The notes under the pieces are model-generated. The model made no database searches and was not told the DNA's origin. It saw nothing but the letters and a program-made list of their open reading frames with translations. Of a stretch of 32,000 nucleotides of DNA, positions 1-8,040 are shown piece by piece. Position 1 is the stretch's first letter, and every line of letters begins with the position of its first letter. Origin of the DNA: Cylindrospermopsis raciborskii Cr2010 (GTDB lineage: Bacteria; Cyanobacteriota; Cyanobacteriia; Cyanobacteriales; Nostocaceae); NCBI RefSeq assembly GCF_003367075.2, contig NZ_CP065936.1:3570001-3602000 (forward strand). Reading direction: 5' to 3'. A program made the position numbers and the translations under genes.

Positions 1-1
1 T

Positions 2-547
2 CCAAAATTATCTATAATAGGCACTATTATTTATACACCTGCTGGAAAAATTTGGTTTGCTGGTGGCATTTTTACACCTGCAACTGGTGCGATTTTAGAG
101 GTAAATGTATTGACAAATGATGCCATAGACTATGTCAATTGCGATTGGGTTTCTGGATGCAGTTTAATAATTAATTTGCGTAACTTCTCTGAATGTCCTT
201 TATTTGATGATGCCTACTTCTTATATTATGAGGATTTTGATTTTTGTATGCGCTATGCTGATCAGGGACATTTAATAGCAATAACTAAACAATTAAGTGT
301 CATACATCAACCATCATCAGTTACTAACAGAAATGTATTTAGAAAGATTAGATATAGTACCTATAGTTACTTATTAACGATAGATAAATACACAGATAAG
401 TTAATATTTTACATTAGATTATTTCAACAAATAATTAAGGCAATCATGGGGCTACTTATAAGACCAAAAGCGGCTTTGGGCAAAATTTGTGGCATACTGG
501 ATTATGTTTCGAATCATTATCAAAGAAAATCCTTATACAGGGAATGA
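2..547 (+). CDS. Glycosyltransferase family 2 (rhamnosyltransferase/WbbL-like), C-terminal part; 5' end lies outside the window
   Basis: Frame 2 is open from nt 2, so track ORF 110..547 is only the part after an alternative TTG. The translation DWVSGCSLIINLRNF...AYFLYYEDFDFCMRYADQGH matches the conserved C-terminal core of GT2 enzymes. Stop TGA 545-547 overlaps ATG 544-546 of the next frame. Confidence 0.7.
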   Translation, partial: PKLSIIGTIIYTPAGKIWFAGGIFTPATGAILEVNVLTNDAIDYVNCDWVSGCSLIINLRNFSECPLFDDAYFLYYEDFDFCMRYADQGHLIAITKQLSVIHQPSSVTNRNVFRKIRYSTYSYLLTIDKYTDKLIFYIRLFQQIIKAIMGLLIRPKAALGKICGILDYVSNHYQRKSLYRE

Positions 548-777
548 AAACACCTCCAAATTCGTCATCTCAGCAATTACTGATCAACCTATCGGTTATT
601 CTCCCAACTGGTATTAGTAACTATGCTCTAAACCTCATTCCCTATTTAAAAACACTCCAACCGACCCTACTAACACCCAAAAACTACCCCAATTTTAACT
701 GTTACCCCGTCCCCCCTAATCTCACCCCTGCACAGGGAATAAAACCCACATTCCGCACCCTAAGCTGTGACAGATAA
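544..777 (+). pseudogene. Truncated duplicate of the N-terminus of the GT4 glycosyltransferase gene at 3032..4120
   Basis: nt 544-744 are near-identical to 3032-3232 (MKTPPNSSSQQLLINLSVILP..TGISNYALNLIPYLKTLQPTLLTPKNYPNFNCYPVPPNLTPAQGIK), with one 6-bp indel. Similarity stops abruptly at 744 and the frame ends 11 codons later. Confidence 0.7.
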
Positions 778-832
778 AACAGGATCCTAATGTAGTACAT
801 AATAACTAAAATCAATTCAAAAATTAGGGAGC

Positions 833-1204
833 TTAATGAGAATCAATAGCATTAATAGGGACATGGTGTGACAAAGTAAAGTTTAGTAACAAAAAAGAGA
901 ATTGATAACCCTTTTTTCGCAGGTTCTGTGAAACGCCGACATATGCGACTATAATGCCATATATAATAGAGCTGTTGGGATACATTTTTTCTAGTATGGA
1001 TTCAATGAATGTGGTTAATATTATGCTTTGTAGGTGTTCTCGGAAGTTCTTCACAAAGTTGTCATCATAATCGGGTAATTGAGCATGATCTGGTAGGTTG
1101 GGGGGTTCCCCCCTGGAAAACCAACTTGTCATGTTGACTAGATCAATGTTATGGTAATAGGAATGGTAAGCATGGGGTCGCAACTTTAAACGGATGGGGA
1201 ACAA
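833..1204 (-). pseudogene. Uma2-family endonuclease N-terminal fragment (frameshifted and truncated)
   Basis: EPPNLPDHAQLPDYDDNFVKNFREHLQSIILTTFIESILEKMYPN parallels the N-terminus of the intact Uma2 gene 4608..5561 (EPFNLPDHTQLPDSDDDFVKNFQEHPQSIILTTSIEPLLKKIHPN). DNA similarity continues (about 915-960 vs 5325-5365) but out of frame, and the nuclease core is missing. Confidence 0.55.
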
Positions 1205-1317
1205 CCGTAAAACTGCTTCGGTAGCAAGTTATGCCGACTGTACAGGTTCTGTTTTCAATCTTCCATATAATCAAGATACCCATTCTTAGATCAACAACCA
1301 TTGAGGAATAATTCATA

Positions 1318-2715
1318 ATGCAAAGTCTAAAATTTTGTCTTGGTAAAACCGAAAATCCTATTTTTTGCCCAATATGTGGATTCCCTAATGATGAAACTTT
1401 TTTAGAAGTTAAAACTTTTGATGCAGTTGTTAATAAAAATTATATTGATAATAGAGGTATAAAATGTTCTAATTGTCATTCTTTATTATGGGAGAAAAGC
1501 AAATTAATTGGTTACTTAACAGATGATGAAGATGCCAATGAGTTTTTTACAAACCATTATGTACTAGTAGGTTGCGGTATTGATTACGGAATAAACCTAC
1601 TATCGCGTCTCAAAGATAAAAACGGAAGCTTGCTTGAAGTAGGTTGCGGATTCGGATTTAATGTAGATTATTGGTCACGTAGGAATTATGGTAGTGCTTT
1701 GGGCTTAGAAGCTGCAAAATATGGAGACATTGGAAGACAATTGCTCGGTGCTAACATTATAAATAAATATTTAGACGTAAGTGATAATCCAATTGGATGT
1801 TTTGATATTGTCATTTCATCTGAAGTAATTGAGCATGTGGATGATCCAAAAAACTTTCTTGTTGCAATAAGAAAAAACATGAAAGATAACGGAATACTTA
1901 TTTTAACGACTCCATCTGCTGAATTTATCCAAGAGAACGAACCACTTAGTCTTATGTTAGCAGCTCTATCCCCTGGTTTTCATAACTTTATATTGTCAAT
2001 TCCTGCAATCAAAGATATTCTTGAATCCGCAGGTTTCAAGAATAATATAATCGAAAAACATAATGAGCGCCTAGTAGTTTATGCCAGTCCTAAAGCAGAT
2101 ATAAATTCTTTAGTCAGGAAAACTTCTGATCCTTCAGAATATATGAATTATCTTGATTATTTGTCTGACTCTGGAAAAGGAGTTGTTAAAGAAGGTGCAC
2201 AATGGAGGCTATTTAAAGAGTATGTTAATCTTGCAATGGACGAAAAAGCCGAAATTGAAAGGGAGAAAATTGAGAAGACTATTAGTGAAAAATATAACAT
2301 AACAATCTCCGAACTAATAACGAGAAATATAGAGGAGATTAGTCTAGGTTCAACATCTAAATACCTATATAATATACCTCCTTACTTAGGTATATATTTA
2401 TATTATTTTGGAATTCTACTAAGTAGAAAAAGCTCAGATATTATGAACAAAGTAATAATTTTTGGTATGTCCTATCGAATGCTGGCTGCAATTTACAAAT
2501 CAGGTCCATCATTTTCACAAGAAACAGAATCATTAATTAAAACAGCTGGTATTCATTTTTATAACTCTTTAATAGATAATTCAAAATACTTGTCACCATA
2601 TAGCTGTGGTCATTCTTCTGGACTAGCTGATGAATTTCAAGAAAAAAAGAAACCTGGAACAGGAGTACTGTCCTATTTTCTAAAATTGTTAAAAAAAATC
2701 AGAAGCATGATATGA
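1318..2715 (+). CDS. Class I SAM-dependent methyltransferase with N-terminal Cys4 zinc-ribbon and a long C-terminal extension of unknown function
   Basis: 465-aa ORF. It has CPICG...CSNCH near the N-terminus, SAM-binding motif I LLEVGCGFGFN, and post-I/II motifs FDIVISSEVIEHVDDPKNFL...NGILILTTP typical of Methyltransf_11/23-type enzymes. Confidence 0.75.
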   Translation: MQSLKFCLGKTENPIFCPICGFPNDETFLEVKTFDAVVNKNYIDNRGIKCSNCHSLLWEKSKLIGYLTDDEDANEFFTNHYVLVGCGIDYGINLLSRLKDKNGSLLEVGCGFGFNVDYWSRRNYGSALGLEAAKYGDIGRQLLGANIINKYLDVSDNPIGCFDIVISSEVIEHVDDPKNFLVAIRKNMKDNGILILTTPSAEFIQENEPLSLMLAALSPGFHNFILSIPAIKDILESAGFKNNIIEKHNERLVVYASPKADINSLVRKTSDPSEYMNYLDYLSDSGKGVVKEGAQWRLFKEYVNLAMDEKAEIEREKIEKTISEKYNITISELITRNIEEISLGSTSKYLYNIPPYLGIYLYYFGILLSRKSSDIMNKVIIFGMSYRMLAAIYKSGPSFSQETESLIKTAGIHFYNSLIDNSKYLSPYSCGHSSGLADEFQEKKKPGTGVLSYFLKLLKKIRSMI

Positions 2716-2801
2716 ACCCTCTCCTTGCATATTTGTAGAGGGATAGGGAGAATTTCACATTTTATCGGGGTCAATACCAAGAGAGCAATCATATACCTGT
2801 A

Positions 2802-2912
2802 ATGCACCCTTGGGAGCTACTAAGAGTAGAACCTACTGACTGGGATGTTACGCGGGTTGAGGAATATATACCTAACTTACCTGTTAGTGATTTTTTAGTG
2901 ATTTTGAGTTAG
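2802..2912 (+). other. Short ORF or gene fragment paralogous to the C-terminal half of ORF 4294..4560
   Basis: MHPWELLRVEPTDWDVTRVEEYIPNLPVSDFLVILS* versus ...CRTGDWEVTRVEEYIPDLPVSEQLQ in 4294..4560. The DNA blocks 2838-2890 and 4457-4509 are near-identical. Confidence 0.35.
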
Positions 2913-3031
2913 TGTTTATATCCCACATTCCGCACCCCCCAGTTTCACAATCAGTAATTTCGGATTTTTGAATAATTTTGATGATAATATCGGTACATGC
3001 TTAGTATTTTACACAGGTGATCAATTCCAGA

Positions 3032-4120
3032 ATGAACACACGTCCAAATTCATCCCAATTACTGATCAACCTATCGGTTATTCTCCCCCAGCCAACTGGT
3101 ATTAGTAACTATGCTCTAAACCTCATTCCCTATTTAAAAACACTCCAACCGACCCTACTAACACCCAAAAACTACCCCAATTTTAACTGTTACCCCGTCC
3201 CCCCTAATCTCACCCCTGCACAGGGAATAAAAGGACATTTAAACCGTCTAATTTGGACCCAATTGCAACTGCCAAAAATCTATCACCAGCTGAAATCGCA
3301 ACTTCTCTTCTCTCCCATTCCTGAAGCACCTATCTATACTAAATGTCACTCCATTGTCATGGGACATGACATGATACCCCTACGTTTTCCTCAACCCTTT
3401 TCTCCCCTGACTCTCTATCACCGTTACTATACTCCCCAGGTTTTTAAGCAAGCTCAACATATTATTTGTAATTCTCAAGCTACTGCTGATGATATCATGG
3501 AATTTCATCAAGTACCCGGTAGCAAAATAACACCTATTCCTTTAGCTTGTGACTCTTCCCACTTCCAGTTTCTTAACCTCCCAACTCGTAACTATTTTTT
3601 ATATATTGGTCGTCAGCATCCATATAAAAATCTTCGGCGTCTAATCGTTGCATTCTCCACCATACCCCATAGAAATGATTATGAACTCTGGTTAGTTGGC
3701 CCTACAGATAAACGTTACACTCCCTTGTTACAAACCCAAATTCAAACATTGGGAATAGATCATTTAGTTAAATTTCTTAATTACTTACCATATAAAGAAT
3801 TACCAATTATTATTAATCAAGCCCTGGCTTTAGTCTTTCCCAGTTTATGGGAAGGTTTTGGGTTACCCGTATTGGAAGCCATGGCCTGTGGTACTCCTGT
3901 TATTACTTCTAATATTTCTTCTCTCCCAGAAGTAACAGGAGATGCGGCTATTCTAATTAATCCCTATGATCCACAGGAAATAGCCACAGCAATGACAACT
4001 ATTATTTATGATTCTGATTGTAGAAAACAGCTTTCAAAATTGGGGATTAAGCGAGCAAGTGAATTTAGTTGGCAAAAAACTGGAATGGCAACGGTGGAAG
4101 TTTTTAAAAACTATATTTAG
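3032..4120 (+). CDS. Glycosyltransferase family 4 (GT-B fold, Glycos_transf_1 type)
   Basis: C-terminal motif block LALVFPSLWEGFGLPVLEAMACGTPVITSNISSLPEVTGDAAILINP is the canonical EX7E region of retaining GT4 enzymes. ATG 3032 is preferred over the track's GTG 3017 by comparison with the duplicated copy at 544. Confidence 0.85.
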   Translation: MNTRPNSSQLLINLSVILPQPTGISNYALNLIPYLKTLQPTLLTPKNYPNFNCYPVPPNLTPAQGIKGHLNRLIWTQLQLPKIYHQLKSQLLFSPIPEAPIYTKCHSIVMGHDMIPLRFPQPFSPLTLYHRYYTPQVFKQAQHIICNSQATADDIMEFHQVPGSKITPIPLACDSSHFQFLNLPTRNYFLYIGRQHPYKNLRRLIVAFSTIPHRNDYELWLVGPTDKRYTPLLQTQIQTLGIDHLVKFLNYLPYKELPIIINQALALVFPSLWEGFGLPVLEAMACGTPVITSNISSLPEVTGDAAILINPYDPQEIATAMTTIIYDSDCRKQLSKLGIKRASEFSWQKTGMATVEVFKNYI

Positions 4121-4293
4121 GGTTTTTTAGTTATGTGACATCTTACCCATAATTGTTATATCATGTCCATTAAGTCTTTTGCTAAAGGTTAATTAGACTC
4201 ACTCTAGTTTATTGAGATGTTGCCCGATTTTGTCGTTCCCAAACTGTTGCAGTTTTAAAGCTGAGAAAGGACAACTAGAAAACTGGAGAGAAG

Positions 4294-4560
4294 ATGCTAT
4301 TAGCTCACAGTGGAGCTTGTACTAACATTCTCGCTGAACATTATGACGGCTCTAAAAAATCAATTCCCAATCCTGGTTACAGACTAAAAGAGTTTCATAG
4401 AACTGAGGAATGTATAGATCCTCAATTTTCAGGTGCAAGTACACATTGTAGAACTGGTGACTGGGAGGTTACGCGGGTTGAGGAGTATATACCTGACTTA
4501 CCTGTAAGTGAACAACTTCAGTTAAGTTACCCAGTCTTTCAGGCGATCGCTCGTTTTTAA
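4294..4560 (+). CDS. Hypothetical protein (88 aa) with a conserved DWEVTRVEEYIPDLPVSE block
   Basis: ATG is preceded by GGAGAG. A paralogous fragment at 2802..2912 suggests a real, conserved coding sequence. No family recognised. Confidence 0.4.
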   Translation: MLLAHSGACTNILAEHYDGSKKSIPNPGYRLKEFHRTEECIDPQFSGASTHCRTGDWEVTRVEEYIPDLPVSEQLQLSYPVFQAIARF

Positions 4561-4607
4561 GAGAGGGCGATCGCATCAATCGAACATTATATTTTATTTA
4601 TATTGTT

Positions 4608-5561
4608 TTATATTTTCTCCGGGTCAATGCCAAGGGAGCGTAGATAAGCAGCTAGTTTTTCTTTTTGTTGGCGTTCCTGTTCTTTAGCGAGACGCTCTTG
4701 ATATGCGATAGTTTCTGCTCGCTCTTTAGCGAGACGCTCTTGATATGCGATAGTTTCTGCTTGCTCTCTAGCCAGACGCTCTTGAGACGCGATAGTTTCT
4801 GCTTGCTCTTTAGCCAGACGCTCACGAATAGCGATAACTTCCGCTTGTTCCGCAAGCTCATTTCCTGTCAATAAGAGATTCCCCTTATTATCCCACCATC
4901 TTAACCACGGTGTGGGTGGTTTCTGGTTGTCATACAGTATTCCCAATTCTATACCCATCTCCGGTATGGCATAGTGTCCTCGCCTATTCGCCTTTATTTC
5001 TTTGTATCTTTTTCTCTCTAAATGATATACCTCTAGTGTACCCTTAAAACCATTAAATATGGCATAATATGGTATCTTTACCGCTTGTTCGTACACCCAA
5101 AACTTCCCCGCTTTTTTTGGTTTCCCGGTTTCTGGATCTATTTCATCCCCTTCTGGTGGAGGGGAACTGTCTTTTTCCTCCTTTCCATTTTTAGACGCGA
5201 ATTCTATCACTATGAAGGGAGGTACTTTTTCCTTCCATAGCACGTATGACCTTCTCAATTGCCCATTTAATCTGGATGGCACTCCGGGAACATAGAACCA
5301 GTCTGGTGCTTCTACCCCTTTTTCTGGAGGTTCTGTGAATCGCCAATATATGCCACTATCCTGTCCTATACAATAGTCTCCGTTGGGATGGATTTTTTTC
5401 AGTAATGGTTCAATTGATGTGGTTAATATTATGCTTTGCGGGTGTTCTTGGAAATTTTTCACAAAATCGTCATCGGAGTCCGGTAACTGGGTATGGTCTG
5501 GTAGGTTGAAAGGTTCCCTAGGGGGGGTTACATTTTGGGTGGTAGTTGAAGGTTGGGACAC
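4608..5561 (-). CDS. Uma2-family endonuclease (DUF820, PD-(D/E)XK-like) with a repetitive C-terminal coiled-coil tail
   Basis: The N-terminus LPDHTQLPDSDDDFVKNFQEHPQSIILT and core APDWFYVPGV...FIVIEFAS...KFWVYEQAVKIPYYAIF...LRWWDNKGNLL are typical of cyanobacterial Uma2 proteins. The tail ends ...LAAYLRSLGIDPEKI. Confidence 0.8.
   Translation of the reverse strand: MSQPSTTTQNVTPPREPFNLPDHTQLPDSDDDFVKNFQEHPQSIILTTSIEPLLKKIHPNGDYCIGQDSGIYWRFTEPPEKGVEAPDWFYVPGVPSRLNGQLRRSYVLWKEKVPPFIVIEFASKNGKEEKDSSPPPEGDEIDPETGKPKKAGKFWVYEQAVKIPYYAIFNGFKGTLEVYHLERKRYKEIKANRRGHYAIPEMGIELGILYDNQKPPTPWLRWWDNKGNLLLTGNELAEQAEVIAIRERLAKEQAETIASQERLAREQAETIAYQERLAKERAETIAYQERLAKEQERQQKEKLAAYLRSLGIDPEKI
4689..4856. 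repeat. Four tandem 42-bp repeats inside the Uma2 gene (14-aa units QERLAKEQAETIAY)
   Basis: Units start at 4689, 4731, 4773 and 4815 (gagacgctcttgatatgcgatagtttctgc[tc/tt]gctct[tt/ct]agc). They are in frame and encode an ERLAKEQAETIA heptad-like coiled coil. Confidence 0.85.
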
Positions 5562-5765
5562 GGTTGGTAAGAGGGGGTTTTCCCCTCAGCTCAGGGGGAT
5601 TTAACCTAATTTTAGCAACTTTTTTTGGTTTCGTAATCAGGCGATCTCATTGATCTTCGGGGGTTGGATTATTGGAACTGTTGGTCTAGGGGGAGGTCAT
5701 CTACCTCAAAGAAAAGATTAGAGAAATTGGTGCAGTGTCCCTTGCCAATCCCACCTTGAGGATGG

Positions 5766-6155
5766 TTGGGCAAGAAGAATGACGAGCCTCCAGAGCTACC
5801 ACAAAATAAGGAAATTACCTTAGCAGAAAAGCAAACCATATCTACTGTAGCTAAAGACCTGGGTTTTATCCTCCCCCAGGATGAACTAAAGGCGATCGCG
5901 AGTAGTTTAAGGGAGGACAGTGAAATAACAAGCATTACAGCGATAAAAGAGGCCATACTGAAGTTCATTGCCAAAAAAGGGGAAAGAACCAGAAGGGAGG
6001 TAGATACAGCGCTATCAGAAATAGCTACCGCTTATGCAGCAGAGCAATTAATAAGTTCCCGTCTATTTGCCAGCTCTTTGACTAATTTAAGCAAGGAGGT
6101 GAAAGGCGATCGCTTTTTGTCCAAATCTCAGTGCAATACTTTATGTAAGAGGTGA
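5766..6155 (+). CDS. Hypothetical protein (129 aa), weak call
   Basis: The ORF has only a TTG start and no recognisable domain. The 3' end runs into the dispersed-repeat cluster. Confidence 0.25.
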   Translation: MGKKNDEPPELPQNKEITLAEKQTISTVAKDLGFILPQDELKAIASSLREDSEITSITAIKEAILKFIAKKGERTRREVDTALSEIATAYAAEQLISSRLFASSLTNLSKEVKGDRFLSKSQCNTLCKR

Positions 6156-6303
6156 GATCGCATTGTACTTTTTATAGGCGATCGCGAAGCACTCCCCACG
6201 GGATCTCGCATTCAGGAATCCCCCCGGTTCCTTCTCAAGGGAAAAATCTGAATGTGTTGAGGGGAGATTGCATTACACCCCCGACGGGCGATCGCAAGGC
6301 ACG

Positions 6304-6406
6304 CTCTCCTCTAGGCACGTTTCATGTTCCGTTCCCGGTTGGTAAAAGATTGACGGAAAACGTTTACCGTCAAAGGATGAATCAGTTATTTCAAGGGGGT
6401 AGGGAT
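6304..6406. repeat. MITE-like element A, copy 1 (~103 bp)
   Basis: ctctcctctaggcacgtttcatgttccgttcccggttggtaaaagattgacggaaaacgtttaccgtcaaaggatgaatcagttatttcaagggggtagggat. Near-identical copies lie at 15176..15257 (truncated) and 20855..20957. It contains the palindrome tgacgg(a/t)aaacgttt(a/t)ccgtca. Confidence 0.75.
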
Positions 6407-6460
6407 ACTTGGAGGGGGATTGCGCAGCACTCCCTTTGGGAGATCGCGAAGGACTCGCAA

Positions 6461-6554
6461 CCTGGAGACTGTCTGTGGGGGAGACCGGGAATCAATTCCC
6501 GGTCTCAAAGCGCAAGTCGGTTGAAAACCGACTGGTTTTGTCGATTGGGTTGAG
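6461..6554. repeat. MITE-like element B, copy 1 (~94 bp) with two strong hairpins
   Basis: cctggagactgtc.gtgggggagaccgggaatcaattcccggtctcaaagcg.aagtcggttgaaaaccgactggttttgtcg.ttgggttgag. A second copy lies at 14110..14203. It has a perfect 12-bp palindrome arm GAGACCGGGAAT/ATTCCCGGTCTC and an 8-bp stem AGTCGGTT/AACCGACT. Confidence 0.75.
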
Positions 6555-6624
6555 AAAACGGGATATAAATGTGATTGCAAAGCACTCCCTTTGGGAGATC
6601 GCATTTAATAATTCCCCGCAACTT

Positions 6625-6681
6625 CATTAATATCACCCTACTTGTCTGCTTGATTATTATCCCTTATTTTTCAACAACTCT
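6625..6681 (-). mobile_element. Orphan inverted copy of the left end (including the start codon) of the IS5-like element at 8670..9397
   Basis: The reverse complement of 6625-6681 matches 8670-8726 with 4 mismatches in 57 nt (agagttgttg.aaaataagg.ataata.tcaagcagacaagtagggtgata.taatg). Similarity ends right after the ATG. Confidence 0.6.
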
Positions 6682-6750
6682 CTTGTATCTGTTCCTAATG
6701 AATGGGATGACAAAATGTTAGATAAGTTCCGCCTACATTTACATAGCCAA
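6682..6750 (+). pseudogene. Remnant of an IS4-family transposase C-terminus
   Basis: cttgtatctgttcctaatgaatgggatgacaaaatgttagataagttccgcc parallels 28538-28590 (cttgtatccgttcccaatgaatggggtgaaaaaatgttagataagttccgc) of the degenerate IS4 element. Confidence 0.45.
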
Positions 6751-6751
6751 T

Positions 6752-7510
6752 TTACTTGGCATGATTAGGTAAACTATTAGGGTCAACTCCTTGCGATCGC
6801 AAGTAAGCTATTAACCTTTCTTTTTCCTGACGTTCCTGTTCTGCTCGTTGGCGTTCCTGTTCAATCAGTTCTAAAGCCCAAGGTAACAAATTACCTGTTT
6901 TATCCCACCATCGCAACCAATAGCCAGTACGTCCTTCTTTTGTACCTTGCCAAGTTCCTAAAAATAGTCCCATTGACTTAATCCAATGACGACCATTTTC
7001 GTCTGGTTGCTTTAATTCATAACGTTCATCTTCCAGTTGATAATATTCTAATAATCTTCCATCTGGATCAAAAATTATATAAATAGGAACTTGCAAAATC
7101 TGTTCATAAAAAAACCATTTTCCTGGCGGATAGGTACGTTTAAATGAGTATTCTCCGCCTTCTTTATCTGACAAAAATTCCATAACCAAAGCCGGTATAT
7201 CCCCTTCTAAATGGGGTGTATAGCTTTTGCGTCCTGGCAATATTTCTTTAACTGAAGGTATATATAGCCAATCTGGTGCTTTAGCGATAAATTGAGCATT
7301 TAATGTGGCACATAAAGCAAAATTAGCAGCAATTAACATCTGTGGTTGAATAAAACCACTGATTTCTAAACTTTCACATAAAGCACCTGCTAAAAGTGGT
7401 TGTCCTATATTGTCCACTGGTTCATCCTCTAGTTGAAAATCATCGGGTAACGCTTCCCATGAGATAACCAGTCCCGTCTGTGATTTACTTTCACTGAGTA
7501 GGGTTGCCAT
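6752..7510 (-). CDS. Uma2-family endonuclease
   Basis: From MATLLSESKSQTGLVISWEALPDDFQLEDEPVDNIGQPLL...APDWLYIPSV...PALVMEFLS...KWFFYEQILQVPIYIIFDP...LRWWDKTGNLLPW...ERLIAYLRSQGVDPNSL. Start set at ATG 7510, because the 33 upstream codons of track ORF 6752..7609 are translated dispersed repeats. Confidence 0.8.
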   Translation of the reverse strand: MATLLSESKSQTGLVISWEALPDDFQLEDEPVDNIGQPLLAGALCESLEISGFIQPQMLIAANFALCATLNAQFIAKAPDWLYIPSVKEILPGRKSYTPHLEGDIPALVMEFLSDKEGGEYSFKRTYPPGKWFFYEQILQVPIYIIFDPDGRLLEYYQLEDERYELKQPDENGRHWIKSMGLFLGTWQGTKEGRTGYWLRWWDKTGNLLPWALELIEQERQRAEQERQEKERLIAYLRSQGVDPNSLPNHAK

Positions 7511-7573
7511 AAAAGTTACCTTTGCTCGATTTATTTTTATTCTATCAAAGCTTGTGGGAATGGAAGTGGGAAT

Positions 7574-7700
7574 GGGCGATTGCGAAGCACTCCCTACGGG
7601 AGATCGCATTACACTCCCTACGGGAGATCGTGAAGCAATTTCTATGGGAGATACCCAGGGGATTAACCATAATTGTTGAAATTAACCCCTACCTGGGGAC
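7574..7700. repeat. Dispersed-repeat cluster (GCGAAGCACTCCCTACGGGAGATCGC family plus the ...gcaatttctatgggagat.cccaggggattaaccataattgtt.aaattaacccctacctgg module)
   Basis: The same two-part arrangement recurs at 14017-14115. Confidence 0.75.
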
Positions 7701-8040
7701 TGGCGCTGATACCAATTCTTTTAGAAGCAGTGCGAACTGGAAGTACACTTTCATCTCTAAGAAAAGTAAAGAAGGATTTTATTATATTGGTGTAAGTGTT
7801 AATAGTATTAATAGTTTTACCAGATTGATAGAGATATTCCTGGTAATCTCTAAAATGAGCAGCTGTAGAATTAGCTATATGAATATCACCTAAATAAGAT
7901 ATGTAACTACGAATAACTCTAGTATAATTTCTTTTAGAGCGATTAGATTTACCATATAACCATTGATTTATAGCATTAGTGATAGCATCTTCTTTAGTAG
8001 ATGTAGTAGAAGGATTAGACAAAACAGTGATAGTAGACAA
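7663..8040 (-). pseudogene. Tyrosine recombinase/phage integrase, N-terminal SAM-like domain only (truncated)
   Basis: INQWLYGKSNRSKRNYTRVIRSYISYLGDIHIANSTAAHFRDYQEYLYQSGKTINTINTYTNIIKSFFTFLRDE is the core-binding (SAM-like) domain pattern. The catalytic domain is absent and the ORF runs into the repeat cluster at about 7700. Confidence 0.55.

Larger units (their letters stand above)
6154..6605. repeat. Composite cluster of short dispersed repeats (HIP1-containing GCGAAGCACTCCCnnnGGGAGATCGC family) with nested MITE-like elements A and B
   Basis: Units of about 24-36 nt built on (G/A)TCGC(G/A)AAGCACTCCC-N3-5-GGGAGATCGC recur at about 6154, 6178, 6265, 6413 and 6573. The same family is seen at 7574, 11668, 14017, 15120, 18338, 20504 and 20662. 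Confidence 0.8.

Noticed and set aside
487-777. ORF 487..777 considered as an independent small gene.
   Set aside because: Its first part is out-of-frame overlap with the GT2 3' end. The rest is the duplicated, truncated 5' end of the GT4 gene. It is annotated as a pseudogene from ATG 544.
5383-5974. ORFs 5383..5604 (+) and 5669..5974 (-).
   Set aside because: The first is antisense to the Uma2 5' end. The second is antisense to, and overlaps, the weak ORF 5766..6155. Neither has supporting features.
6154-6605. Possible CRISPR array, because of regularly recurring ~25-36-nt GC-rich palindromic units. Similar clusters lie at 7574, 11668, 14017 and 20662.
   Set aside because: The units abut each other or are separated by other shared repeats rather than by unique spacers of constant length. 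The unit sequence varies. The same units are scattered singly across the window. No cas genes are present.
6152-6630. Track ORFs 6152..6553, 6386..6604 and 6409..6630, and likewise 7522..7893, 14091..14339, 20681..20869 and 20705..20893, considered as genes.
   Set aside because: They are translations of the dispersed repeats and MITE-like elements, shown by recurrent peptides such as LPLGDR and HSLWEIA. They overlap each other on both strands and have no start context or domain.
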